A stretch of 64,000 nucleotides of DNA from Octopus sinensis (GCF_006345805.1 NC_043007.1:61256001-61320000); one strand, 5' to 3'. Positions 23,884 through 38,983 are shown, counted from the stretch's first letter. The notes: generated by a model not told the origin, from the letters alone. A program made the numbers and translations.

Positions 23884-26800
23884 GTAAGTAGTGACTATTG
23901 CTGTTACTGTTGTTTTTATTTGATCGATTTTCATAATATATTCAGTAGCGTGAACACGTTTAAGTCCGACAAACTTAATGAACTGAAGGGAAGACGTAAG
24001 GAGATGGAGTTTCTTCTCCGCACTTGATTGCTATTCTAGAAGTCAAGCCACAGTTTCGTTGATTTGAGAGTACTTTCAGGATATGAAGTACAAAGATACT
24101 AAATATCGGGAGAAAATTTACCAAGCTATGAAGAAGCTTATCAATTTATGTTGAGCGAAGAACTTCGGCATAACTACAGATTTCTGCCCCACCGACTTTG
24201 GATTATCTGTCAAGTACTCAGTTAATATATATTTTCATAATGTTTTCTAGGAGTTAATGGAATCGTGGAGGTAAAGAATACGCACACCACCCGTTTTCGG
24301 CGTAACCCTAACCCTAGCCCTAAACTCTGGGTGTGCGTATTCTTTACCTTCGCCAATGGAATTATAACTGAAATAAAATTATGAAACACTATAACTGTTA
24401 GAGTAAAACTTTCGGCAATTTTTCGTTTTATGATTGAGAAAGTAAAACTACTTAACTCGGAAGAGATTGGCTTAATGAAATGAAAGTAATATACGGCAGT
24501 ACTCAATTAAATCTCGGCCATACACTGAATGTGAAATGATGTACCATAGCACACGATTAATCTCGGCCATAAATGAAACTGGAAGTTTATTTCGGCATCA
24601 TAAAAGGATTGTGGGGTTCTCGGGATAGTGGAACGTCACAGCCTTTGATGTATTCTTGTGCCTGTCTCGACGTGCCCCCCCCCCCTTACAATCTGTCATG
24701 GCTCAGCACATGTTGACAAGGACCCTGCATGTAAATGATGGAAGGCGTGCTTACCAATTGCTGCCATACCACTCAATGATAAACTGAAATCAATATCTCA
24801 ATGATTCTAACAATGCAACTTTACACACAAATACCAAGGGAGGAACAGAGATTAAAATCAAAAACAAATATCGTGCCATGCATTTGGACACCAGGCAATC
24901 TCTTTAATACCAATTTGTAGGAATTTTGTAGGTATTCTTGTGAATAGAACACATGCATTTGGGAGTACTGGTTTCCCCCACATTACAGCTATTTCAGGTT
25001 ACTAAAATTAAGTATGGCCACTAGTTTTGGGATATGGGCTGTAATTTCACCCTTATAGAAACAGATAAATTTTAAGAATTTAAAAATGATGCTTTCTTCT
25101 TAGCTTAAAGCCCACTTCAAAGTAGTTAATATTTTGTAAAACTATAATCGCAATACATTAATACATATATGTATATGTGTGTGTGTGTATGCATGTATTT
25201 GTATATGCATCACTATAAGCACTTATGGATTGTGAGATGGGATTTTTCACCATGAATATTTGTGTATATTTTCTTGAATCACTATATCTATCTGTCTATT
25301 TATCTATCTATCTACCTGTCTATCAGTCTACCTACCTATTTAAATGAATCTTTACCATCACCACTATCTATTGTCAGTACCAACATAACTGCCATCAACA
25401 CCAAAATCAATATAACCACCACCATTACCAACCTACTAAGTCCTTAACGATTGACAACAATAAGATGAACAAGCAACTCCATCTAAAGTGATCATGAGAT
25501 AATGTTGTACCTTAGTGTGTTTTAAAAGTTGAATAAAATGTTTTTTTTATCTTAGATCAGTGAGGATTGACTTTAGACTAAACAGGAATAACAATACAAT
25601 TAATAAGAACAGTATGACTACCATCATCAACAGTGCTAGTCACCACCACCAAGTTTTGAATAACTGGCAACAACAATAATAATATTAGCATGACATAGCT
25701 ACCTGTAGCTACATGTGTTGTATGTCAACACAGTATTGTGTGTCTATGTGTGAGTAGAGAGTGGAATTTTTATGGCTCATGTCAATGGTACAAAGAATTT
25801 TAGTATCCATAAGTTTGGTAATCATTCAACTAACTGTCATCATGCAATACTTCCTCTCACCTCTCCTTCACTCTTTTACTTCATTTCCATTCTTACAACT
25901 ATAGGAATAAAACAGCATTTTTTTGTTGTTTCACAAAAGTTTTCTGGTGTTTTTTTTACTACATGTTTGTCATGGATAATTGTTTATCATCATTACTATT
26001 GGATTTACCTACAGTTCAAAATGTCTGGAAAAAAGCTATCATTTGGAACTAAAGGCAGTAGTGTGAGAGGGTAATATAAAAGGCCTACACTGGATATTAA
26101 ACTTGATGTTTTAAAAAGGCTTAATCCAGGAGAAAAAAATTAGCTGCATTGACAAAACAGTAAAGCTTGCATTATCTACATGGAGAGTAATATGTGACAT
26201 TAGAGAGAAAGTACATTAACTATGTTGATGAAACTGTACTTTTCCGGAGGCTCATGTCTGTTAGAACTTCGATTTGTTAAGAAGAAAAATCATCCCTAAG
26301 ATTTAAGGCTTCTAAAAAAACCATCTAGTGCTTCTGGGAGGAAAGTCTTTGGGTCATGCAAAGCTTAATTTACCTGTGAGTTGGTCTTCAAATAAAAAGG
26401 TGTGGATGACGAAGAGCCTGTTCAGAAAGTTGTTTATAAAGATATTTTTTCCCTGCTGTATAGTACCAGATATAATATTTCCAACAAAGCATTGCTCCTT
26501 TTAGATAATGCAACAAACCACTTAGTGAATTTAAATGAACTTTCTGATAATGTGAAGGTAGATTATATCCCCTGATAATACAACTTTTTTGCTCCAGCCA
26601 ATAGATCAAGGTGTGATAGCTAACTTCAAAGCATATTATCTGAGAACTTCAAATAACTTATGAAAGCAATTGACAGGAAACATAAACCTGCAATTAGAGA
26701 CTTTTAGAAGTTCAACATACTAAATGCTCTGGACAACATAGCTGAGTCATGAAACTTTGAATGGTGCTTGTAAAAATATATGGCCAGATTGTATCCATGA

Positions 26801-29800
26801 CTATACAAGTTTTTCATGAGCTAAATGTCTACATCAGATTTGGAAATCTGTTGTGACAATTGCAAATGAAACAAGGCTTGAAGGAGTCATGGAGGATAGT
26901 GTAATTGAGTTTCTCGTATTCCTTTGGAGAAAGTATATCTAAAGAGAAACTGATGCTGTTAGAACAAGAGCAAGCTGAGAATACAGATGTATGCAAATTC
27001 AATCAACTCCACTTAAATTGTCTGCAAAGAATATTGCTAAAGGTTTGGTACTTATAGAGGAAGGTCTGCAAGTTTCTGCTGACAACAATCTTAATTGTGA
27101 ACATTACATAAAAATTATAAGGAGTTTACAATGAGCTCAGTTTCTACACTGAGCTGTATAAAAATATAATGCAAACATAAATATCAATATATTTTAAATA
27201 AGTTCTTGCTCCTTAATTAAATGATGATGATGAACTATAAAATAGAAGATAGTATTCCTCATCCTCCCATTAACTCATTCCACTATCACCATTCTTCACA
27301 TAGTAGTCAACATTGTTTATAGTAAGAACATACCCTATTACAATATTGTGATTCTTATTCATTCCATAATGTATTTCTTCTCTTCAAATGCTTTTATGTA
27401 TAAATATGGCTGGTGCCATGTTAAAAGCACTGGTATTGGTGCCACATAAAAAGTACCCAGTACACTCTGTAAAGTGGTTGGCATTAGGAAGGGCATCCAG
27501 CCATAGAAACCATGCCAGAACAATGGAGCCTGGTGTGGTCCCTGACCTTACCGGCGCCTGTCAAAGTGTCCAGCCCATGCAAGCATGGAAAATGGACATT
27601 ATATGATGATGATGATACTGTTTATATTTAGAAATTATTTTCATGCATAAAAGTGTTTAATTGGATTTACTTAGAAAAACGAAGGATGCTGTTGACATTG
27701 CCAGATTTTGAATGTAGAAAAACAGAAGTGAATACTCTAAGACATTTTAGTGTAACACTTGCACTGCTCTTTAGTTTCTCACAGTTGAATAAAATAATCA
27801 TTTGTTTACAGTGAACTTGAAGCTTGAATATTACTCTTACATTTTGTTTAGCATTTATTCATTTTTATATACATGCAGAATTTAATTTCAGATATCAGTG
27901 AATCTTTTCTTTATTTTATTTTGCAGATTAGTTAGTGGAGATGTTGAAGGAAATTTTAAGACATTATTTTCAAGAGTTGCCAACATCCAGAAAAAGAATG
28001 GCCCATTTGATGTAAGTATTTGTGTTTAATAGACCAGTTGATAGTGAGAGAAATATATTGACATGTTTGTAATTTGAATTAGGACACCAAAAGTATCTCA
28101 ATGGACCAGAGTGGCTTGTTGCCAAAGAAAGATTTGAGCTGAGCACATGGCTAGCAAAACTATTGTCAATTAGAAGTGAAATATATTTAAACATTAGAAA
28201 GCTTCACTGTTGGTGAAATAAGAATGTAAACTCCTTTCTATACAATTGATGTGTGTTAAAAAATTAAAAAAAGTGAATCTTCTGATGGACTGTTTCATAG
28301 TTAATTGCTCCTCAGGGAAGACATACCCAACTTCCTTCCCTAATAATTTGGTTCATTTGCCATATAAAGCAATTACAAATTAATGCTAGCACATTAGTGA
28401 ATAGCCTAATTTGCATATTTATACTTTTGATGGCTTGTCATTTGTTTAACAGTATCTATTTTATACATAATACCGCATAAATCAAAACTGAAATAAATCT
28501 AAATATTAGAAAACCTAACTGTAGATGCAATAAGAATTCTTTCTGTTGTCAAATAAATCTCTTTCTTAAATACCTGTTTACAGTTAGAAGAGCGGCTCCA
28601 TGGTTTATTAAATTTGTACAAAGTACAGAATGTACTGATGGTGATGAGAAAACCATCATTTGATAGCTACAGCAATGCAAGGCAACACCTTGTGACCAGT
28701 GTTGTATAACAACATCTGATAGTCTGGTTGATACAGTGATCATACAATGTAGGAATAGAACATAAGAAGTTGCTGAGAAAAAGGCTTTTTGTTTTGCATT
28801 TGTGTATATGTTGTCAAAGATTTCAAGAGTGAGAATTTGTTATTAAGGTGTAGCAAGAGACAAACATGTTGAAAAACTAAGTTTCTTGATTGATATTCAT
28901 GATGTCTATTATTATTACTGTATTATCTATGTAGAAGCTAAGTGGTTGGCCGGATAATGAATGGGACTATCTTGGTCACGTGTCAGTTGTTCAAATCTGT
29001 TGCAAACCTTTTTTTTTTATTTTTACAAAGTTTCTTGGTAGGACATTATATTTTTATATAATATTTGTTTATCTGATTGTGAGATTTTCTGAAAAGTTAC
29101 TTGCAATAGGGTACACCCAACTCCCCCAAATCTTGGCAGTGTAAAACTGCAGCATATGTAATTAGATATCAAAATTTTGAGTTAGTGGTTAATAATGGAT
29201 ATCCAAATATTCTTTTCTACTCTAGGCACAAGATCCTAAGAAAGCTCTACTTTAGGCACAAGGCCCAAAATTTTTGGGGAGGGGAGGCCAGTTGATTAGA
29301 TCAACCTCAGTATGAACTGGTACTTAATTTATCGATCCCGAAGGGATGAAAGGCAAAGTTGACTTCGGCAGAATTGAACTCAGAATGTAAAGACAGACGA
29401 AATACCGCTAAGCATTTCGCCCGGCGAATGGATATCCAAATATTATGATTGTTTTATTTTACTTTTGATACTAATATTATTGAAAAAGGCATAGACACTA
29501 TTTAGTCTCATTTTCACTCCCTATAATATTTTTGTCACATGTCTAAAGAAATCATTATTATACCAAGTTATTTGTAAGTTAGTTTAATCATACTTTAATT
29601 TCTAACTAGCTGAAAATGCTAGAGAAATAAATAGCTGTTATATTTCACTCAGTTAATTCCAAGATTACATAAATATATATATTAACTGTTAAAAGTGAAT
29701 AGGAAATAGAAAGAAGTGAAAACTATATCAGAAAGGTGCTCCTCTTTATTCCCAGTTTTATCAAAGTCTACATTTTCATTTATCATACATTTGTAAATAA

Positions 29801-31525
29801 CAAACTTTTGTTGTGTTATTGTATGTAAATATCATGCTTTTTTCTTCTGTTTTGGTATTGGATTTCAATAGCTATTATTATGTGTTGGAGATTTTTTTGG
29901 AAATGAGAATGAAGAATGGAACCGGATTTTGAAAGGAGAACTCTCAGGTAATTGCTTTGCTTATGATTAATTCAAGAAAATGAATTCTGGAAAGAAATGT
30001 CTAGATGGGCTATTTTCATTCAAAAGCTATTAGCATGGTTCACTCAAAAACTGAAGAATGTGAAATAAAAAAGAAAGAAACATAGCAATGGTGTTGCCAT
30101 AGTGTGCAAACCAGCTGGGAAAAGTTTTATCAAAATTGATTCACAGAAAACCGAGAAATCCTAAATTTCACTCCTAAGCTATTAGCATGGTTCTAGGTGC
30201 ATGTGTTTTTGGGTGTATGTGTTTGAGTGTGTATGTATGTATGTCATAGTCATCATTATCATCTATCTGCTTTCCATGCTGGCATGAGTTGGACAATTCA
30301 ATAATATCTAATGGGTTGTTGAACAATGTCTTCCTCTTGTGTCTTGGTTTTAGTTATAGCACAGTTTCTGTGATTGGATGCCCTTCTTAACACCAACCAC
30401 TGGGTGATTGTCTTTCATGGCACAAGCACAAGTGAGATTATTTACAAGACTAAAGAACCTCCTTAACTGAGAGGAAATGTTTGTAGAGCGGAAGGTTGTT
30501 TTATATGCGAGGTGTTGAGCAGTTAAAACATGCTTGGAAAGAGAGATAAATAGTGGTGGTAGTGGTAGTGGCAGTGACAGTGGTGGTGGCATGTATGTGT
30601 GAATTTAATTTCTGCAAGTATATAAATATATATTGATATCAATATTTATTTCCAGTGCCCATAACAGTACTTATTTTGGGAGCTAATCAAGATGCCCATT
30701 GTTCATATTATCCCGAAAAAGAAGGAAGTGAACTCTATGAAAATATATTATATCTTGGTTTGTATATTTCTTCTTTGTTAATGATAAATATGTTACAACT
30801 TAGAGACATAGTCAATCATCATACATCCTTTATTAATTTGTTTAATTTTTAATCTGTTTAACTAAATGGAGAAAAAAATAAATAATGGGTGTAAAAAAAT
30901 GGATACAGAGTGTCTTGTATTTTTTAACACTTTAGCATTTAAACTGGCCATGTCTAGCCTAGATATTGTACCTGTTATATGTTCAAACCAGCTAGATCTG
31001 GCCTCTCACACCTACCCTACAATGTTAGTCTAAAAAATATAGTCACATCATTGAAATCTCAAAGCTTCAAGATAGTATGTGATCAATTCAAAACACTGTG
31101 AATAAGAATTACATTTGACAGAATGATCTGAATGTTAAAGGGATAAAGAAACAATGATAATCAGTAAGAACAGAAAAGCATTACAATTGCGAAATAAAAG
31201 TGAAAATATTGCATCAAGGTTCTTTTGTTGGCCAAGCAGTTATGTGGGCCAGTGTTATGCAACACATGTTATGCTTACACATGCATGTGTGAATGTGTAT
31301 ACATACATACATACAAACAAAAACATACATGTGCAGGTGAGAAGTTTGCTTCCCAACTGTGGGCTTGGGTTCAGTCATATTGAATGACAACTTGGTCAAG
31401 TGTCTTGTACTTGCTCAAGATGTTGCACAGTGGGACTGAGCTGAAAACCATATGGTTAGGAAGTGATCTTAACCACACAGCCATGCCTGCACTGCTCTCT
31501 GTCTGTCTGTCTGTGTGTGTGTGTG

Positions 31526-31609
<84 letters not shown>

Positions 31610-34106
31610 CAAAATGGGACAAGAATGCAAAACATCTGGACAGCTAGGTGATACGGAAAGAGACAACTTGACCCGTCCTTGTTTACTTTGTATCGTCTAT
31701 CTGGATGTTTTGTTGTCCCTATTTTTGTTTCACCTAGCTGTCTGAATGTTTTGCGTTCTTGTCCCATTTTGTATTTTCTATATATATAGCGGTGTGCGTA
31801 CACTTTGCTCTCTCTCTCTCTCGCTATATATATATATATAAATCAAGGTGTATAGTATTAGGAAGTTAATTGTCATGTGATGAGTCACCTATACTGCTAA
31901 GTGCTTTATAGATGCGAAACCAATGGTCACTAGCTGACTGCCTATAACAATTAACTTCCTAAAAATATATTACTGCTTTAATGGTTTACAGTGTGTTTCT
32001 TTTGCGAATATATGAACTACTGACAATATATATACACACACACACACGCATGCACACACACGCACGCATGCACACACACGCGCACACGTCTGTCTGATAT
32101 TAGCCCACAGGCTCATTAGGCTGGAACTTATCCTGGATTCCGTGGTGTATAATTGACAGAGAGTGCATACTGAGGTTTGGAAAGAATATGCAAAATGGAT
32201 TGTTGAGCAATGAATGCTTATGACTTCTTGCTTTTGTTTTAATTTGTTTAGGCAAACAAGGAGTATTCACCACTAGTTCTGGATTACAGATTGCGTATCT
32301 GAGTGGCAGGCAGTGTGACACTAATTACGGTTTTACTGTAAATGATGTTGATGATCTCATTAATTCAGTATCCTCAAGCAAACAATTCAAAGGAGTTGAT
32401 ATATTAATTACATCTCAGTGGCCAAAAGGAGTTGAAAAATATGCTGGAGATGTGGTAAGTTCTTACTAATGATGTTTTTTTTTTCTGTATTGTGATTCTC
32501 TTTCTTATCTTGTTTCATCTTCATCTCTTCTTTAGCACAATAATTGTAGTAAAGTTTGAATTATGGCATTATTTGAAGGATTAAATTTGTAAAGTTCTCA
32601 TATGTGAGGTGGTGCTGAAAAGTTTATGGCTTTGGGTAAAAGAAAATACAAGAGGATCAGTTAATTATGATTTTATTCAACATATTCCCCTCTCAGATTC
32701 ACACAATTATTGCAGCAGTCCTTCAGTTTTTCTAAGCCCTGTAAAAAAACTTGGAAGGTTGGGCCTCAAACTAGGCCTTTCGCGATACCCTTAAAACTAG
32801 TAACTTTTCAGCACTCCCTTTTATATATATGTTTGTATATTTATGTGTGTGTATCTGTATATATATAATACAGTCTACATAATTGTAGTCTGTATTGAGT
32901 TGTTATTTGAACTAAGCCTTCTTAGATCTATAGTGGGTATATTCATATACATATATGAATGATGACGACAGTGATGATGATATATATATATATCATCTTC
33001 TAAAGTCCAGCTTCCATGCATGCATGATATATATATGCACATACATATATTATATATATATATATATATGCAAAACATTTTCTATTTTTTTAATATTGCA
33101 GGAAGGTGTTAATTCAGATCAATGTGGTTCTCAACTTATTTCTAAATTGGCCCTTAAATTACGACCACGGTATCATTTTGTTGGTTTGCAAGGAATTTTT
33201 CATGAAAGATTACCATACAGGTAATTATTTATTTGGTTGATTATTTTAATTTTTGACTAGGAAGTGTGAAGTAAACACATCTCATGGTTTCATCGTTATA
33301 TAATCTGCTTTACATTGATTTTTTCATAACATCACTGGAATAGTTTGTTTCTGAAAATGTATTATATTTTTAATACAGGTTGATGGCGCAGAGGCTAACA
33401 GTAATCTCCCTTGTATTGGGAAGGCTTATAGGACCATCAATTTGTTTAATGTCTGTTTTCCCATTCCAGCATAGGTAGAATGAAGGTTTCTTTTGAGGTA
33501 TTATTTTAAAACTGACGGCTATATCTGTCACTAATCCTTACCAGTTTTTCAAGCAAGAGATTCTAGTTCTGCTTGACTTTGAAAGTACATCACTATGGAG
33601 TGCTTTGTTGACAGGGAACATAATGTTCCTGCTTTTGCTTGAGCAATTTCATGTTAGCACATTTCAGACTGTAAACATTCACATACAGGCATATGCACAT
33701 TTGCACTCTCTCTCTCTCTCATCCCCCCCACATGCTGTCTCTCTCTCTCTCTCTCTCTCACACACGCACACTCACAATTAGTTTGCTTCCTAACCATGTG
33801 GTCTGGGTTTATCTTACTGTGTGGCACCTTGAGACTGTGGCCGAAGATGATCAAAGCATGAGTGAATTTAGTAAATTTAGAAATTTGTTGTGTGTGTGTG
33901 TATATATATATATATTATATATATATATATATATTATATATATATATATAGGGAGTAAGAGAGAGAGAGAGAGAGAGATAAAGAGCATAAGTGTAAAATA
34001 ATATAAACATGCACACACATACACACATTCATTCCTATATATATGTATTCATTACATATAAGATGAGGCTATTTATTCCATAATTGCAACAGATAGATGG
34101 ACACAC

Positions 34107-34147
<41 letters not shown>

Positions 34148-37100
34148 AGAAACATGGGCATTTTCTTTACTCTGTGATGGGCAATATTGTCCATAGTGAT
34201 TTGCATTGGACAAGAAGGCTGAGGGTGTCCTTTGTTAGCTGCTCTCCACCTATCTACTACATGGGTTGGACAGTTTAACATTCCATTCTTAGTGGTAAGA
34301 CCATTGTGGATCTACTTCTAGCATAATAGATGTCCACATAGTGGTCATCCCTCTTATATGTATGTAATATAATTTTCCACTGGTTTTAAATTGATATTAA
34401 TCAAATTAATATTCAATTTTTCACCATTATTATTTTAAATATATATATATATATATATATAACATTATTGGTGAATTGAAGAAATGGAGCTGAACGCAGA
34501 TTGAAATTCCAACGGATTTCCTTTTTTCTTCCTGAAGAGAAAGACACAATATGGTCCCATTATTCAATCAGATTTTGGTAATTTGTGCCTTTCGAAACAC
34601 GTGTAGAATGAAATAAAACGATTTCTGTTCAATCTGCGTTCAGCTCCATTTCTTCAATTCACCAATAATGTTTTAATTTCAATTATCCGCACCAACGCAC
34701 GGTTGCAACGCCAGATGGTTGTACCTCCAACCGTGCTGTTCACTGCTGTGATTTTTGCTACTAAGGTATCGGTTAAACTTTTGATTAATCTACTACAAGA
34801 TTATTCATCTTTCTATTTCACATAATATATATATATATATATATAAAATCAATTATCAGAACTCTATGTCTGTCTTCCATGCTGGCATGGGTTGGACAGT
34901 TTGGCAGAAGCTGGAGAGCTGCACCAGGCTCCATTGTCTGCTTTGGCATGGTTTCTATGTCTGGATGCCCTTCCTAATGCCCACCATTTAACAAAGTGTA
35001 CTGGGTACTTCTTATGTGGCACCAGCACTAGTGCTTTATGCATAGCACCAATACCAGTGGGGTCACCGAGTAACTTGCAAAACAAAGACTGCTCAGCTGG
35101 GAGAAAGTGTGGCTTTGTACCAGATGAAGGGTTAGAGTATAATAGAGGGATAGACACTGGTCTCGTACTATAAAGAAGAGAATAAAATATTAGGCAAGTT
35201 CAAATGGTAACATGTATGTAAATATGCAAAGGTACAATAAACATTACAAATGTACAGAAAATAGATTCCATCGAATTCCAGTGGGGAAAACTAGAAGTAG
35301 TTGATAGCTTCTGTTACCTAAGTGATCAAGTCAGTAGCGGAGGTGGATGCTGTGAGAGCATAGCTGTGAAATATAAGAATAGGCTGGGTAAAGTTCAGAG
35401 AGCTCCTACCTCTGGTAACAAAGGGCCTCTTCCTCAGAATAAAAGGCAGACTGTATGATGCCTTTGTGTGGACAGCTGTATTCCATGGCAGTGAAAAATG
35501 GTCTGTAACGGCAGAGGATATACAAAGACTTAAAAGAAATGAAGTCAGTATGCTTCACTGGATGTGCAATGTCAGCATGCATGTAATACTGAGCGTAAAT
35601 GTCTTGAAAGAAAAACTAGGCATAAGAGGCATCAAATGTGGTGTACAAGAGTAACAAATATGTTGGTATGGTCATATGATGTATATGGATGAGGACAGCT
35701 GTGTAAAGAAGTGCTGAGTTCAGACTGTGGAGGGAACCTGTGGAAGAAGTAGACTCAGGAAGGCATAGGACAAGGTAGTGAAGCATGATCTTTGAATGTT
35801 GGTCTTAATGGAGGTGATGACAACTGACTGAGACCTTTGGCCATATGCTGTGCTTGAGAAAACTTGTCAAGCCAAGTGAGATCGTAGTCGTGACCATTAC
35901 CAGTGTCATGTAAATGGCACCTGTGAAATCATAATTGTCGCCATTGCTGGTAGTGTGATCTTCGAATGTTGGGCCTCGCAGAGGTGATGACAAGTCACTG
36001 AAACCTTTCATGATATGCTGTGTTTGAGAACACTTGTCAAGCCCCCCAAAATTGTATTTGTGGCTGTTGCCAGTGTCATGTAAGTGGCATGCATAAAGCA
36101 CCCATTAAACTCTCAAGTGGTTGGTGATAGGAAGGGCATCCAGCCATAGAAACCATGCCAAATCAGACTGCAGTCAAACTCTAACCTATGCCAGCATGGA
36201 AAGCAGATGTTAAATGATGATGAAGCCCAGGCATGGCTGTGTGGTAAGAAGCTTGCTTCCCAACTACATGGTTCTGGGCTCAGTCCCACTGCATGGCACC
36301 TTGGCAAGTGTCTTCTACTGTAGAATTGGGCTGACCAAAGACTTGTGAGTGGATTAGGTAGACATAAAAATGAAAGAAGTCTGTTGTATATATGTACATA
36401 TATATATATATGTATCTATGTATGTGTCTTTGTGTCTGTGTTTGTTTCCCATCACCACTACAATCAATGTTGGTGTGTTTATGTCCCTATGTATTAGTGG
36501 TTTGGCAAAAAGAAACTGATTAAATAAGTACTAGGCTTCACAAAAAATAAGTACTAGGGTCAATTCATTTAACTAAAAAGTTCTTCAAAGCAGTGCTCCT
36601 GTATAGTCACAGTCTAATGACTGAAACAAGATAAAAGGTAAAAGATATATATATATATAAAGCTGAAATGTGAAAAAGTTGTTTGATTTTTTGGTTATTT
36701 GTCTCATTTTGGGATGGGAACAGTTTAAGGGGTGGTAGGTAGGGTCAGATTGGTGCCAAAATTTACACTGGGGGTAAAATAGGGTGGGCAATGGTGTGAC
36801 AAGGGTTGCAAGTCACTCGGGGCTACCGTTTGGTTGCCATGGTGAGGAATATGGGAAAAATTGAGTTTTATGGGTTAGACAGGTTGCGCTGTTTGAATAA
36901 TGGTGGCTTTTCATGTTGCTGCAGGGGCTAGAGGCAGTTATCTTTAATTGTGGGTGTAAAAATTGGGAATTTGGAAAGTGGGCAATAAAAAGAACCAGGC
37001 AAATAAGACAAACAAAAGGAGACAACACGCACAAAACAACACCACTACCACCAAAACCCGAGCGAAGCACGGGTCAAAATAGCTAGTATATATATATATA

Positions 37101-38905
37101 TATATGACAGACTTTCATATAGTTTTTGTCTGTGAATTCCACTTTCACAACATTGCTCAGCCCAGAGTCTTAGTTGAAGGGACCTGCCCAAGGTGCTGTA
37201 TAGAAGGACTAAACCCCAAATGATGTGGTTGCAAAGCAAGCTTCTTAATTATGCAATTATACTTCTTTATTATGCAACATCTATCTGTTGCAATTATGGA
37301 ATAAATAGCCTCATTTTTAACTGAACCTAAAATATTCATAAGTACAAATTTATTATGATAAAGCTGTGTTTTCTCAATATTGTATTATAGAACTAGAGAC
37401 AACTGTTGCTTGAAGGGGTTCTACTTGTTTTATCTTGCTTATCTATATGCTTTCAATTTTACTTGCTGTGAGTTAGAATTCACTGCAAATCAAATTGAAA
37501 GCCTATGATTAGCAAACCAATAGAAAAATAGATGATGATGATAATTGTAATATCAGCCCTTTTATAAATATTGAAGAAAGTGTTTTGATTATAATATGCA
37601 GGAAAGGTGATTTGAAAAGTGTCTGACCTGGACTAGTTAGCTAATTCAGTTAGCAGATTAAACAATGTTTGGAATTTAGACTCAAAAGGCCCAAACACTT
37701 GATAATATAAGATGTTTCATTTAGCACTTCAGGGTTTGTGTTGATTCCACCTTGTTTGGCAGGTTCAAGTTATTGTCAAAGCAAACAGTTATTTTTAGGA
37801 ACTGAATTGGCTAAAATATTGAAAAAATAGAAAATTATTAATTTTACTTTCTCTATGTATGTGTATGTTTATGAATACACACACACACACACACACAAAC
37901 AGAGAGAGAGAGACAGACAGATATATACTGTTGCCATTATGTTAAACTGTCGTACGTTCAAGTTTGACCAAGTGCGTTTTTTTCAATATTTAATTTTGCT
38001 TGCAATAGCCTGTTCTTTTAGTCAAACTATTGTGTTTCCAGCTGCTTCAGATGAAAATTGTCAAAGTGTAGTACAATGGATTAGCATTTTCCAAAAGTGT
38101 AGTAAGCTCCACATATGACAGTTTTGCAAAAGTATTTCTGAATGAAAATGTCACACATGCATGGAGTTATGATTTTATGTACCCAACAAAGTATTATTGT
38201 TAAGCTGAAACCATTGCTAATGTAAAAAGAAATGGAATGGTAAAACTATTCTTTCATTTTCTGAAAAAGCAACATTTTGGTCTTATGACATTTTCGCATA
38301 ATAGCATCAATATATTTCCTAAACTGCATAGTTTTGGGTTCAGTCCCACTGTGCAACATTTTGGGTTAGTGTCTTTTAATATAACCCAGGGTTGACCAAA
38401 GCCTTCTGCATGAATTTGGTAGACAGAAACTGAAAGAACCCTATTGTATGTGTGTGTGTGTGTATTGTGTGATAAGAAGTTTGCTTCCCAACCACATGGT
38501 CCTGAGTTCAGTCCCATTGCATGGTATTGAGAGCAAATGTCTTCTACTATAGACTTGGGCCAACCAAAGCCTTATGAGTGGATTTGGTTGACAGAAACTG
38601 AAAGAAGCCTGTTGTATGTGTGTGTGTGTGTGTGTGTGGTGTGTGTGTGTGTGTGTATACACACACATCTATGTGTGTGTCTTTGTATTTGTGTTTGTTC
38701 TCCATCACCACTTGACAGTCAGTGTTGGTGTGTCTACGTCCCTGTAACTTAGTGGTACCAGGTTTAAAAAGAAGATAAGTACTCAGGTCAATTCGACTGA
38801 AATTCCTCAAAGCAGTGTTCCAGTATGAAACAAGTAAAAGATAAAAGATATGTATGTATATATATATATATATTGGCTAAACTGGCAAAATGACCATTCC
38901 TAAAT

Positions 38906-38983
<78 letters not shown>

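Noticed and set aside
28281-28320. Minus-strand CTGAGGA...GAAAC motif
   Set aside because: Stems II and III do not pair; compatible with chance.
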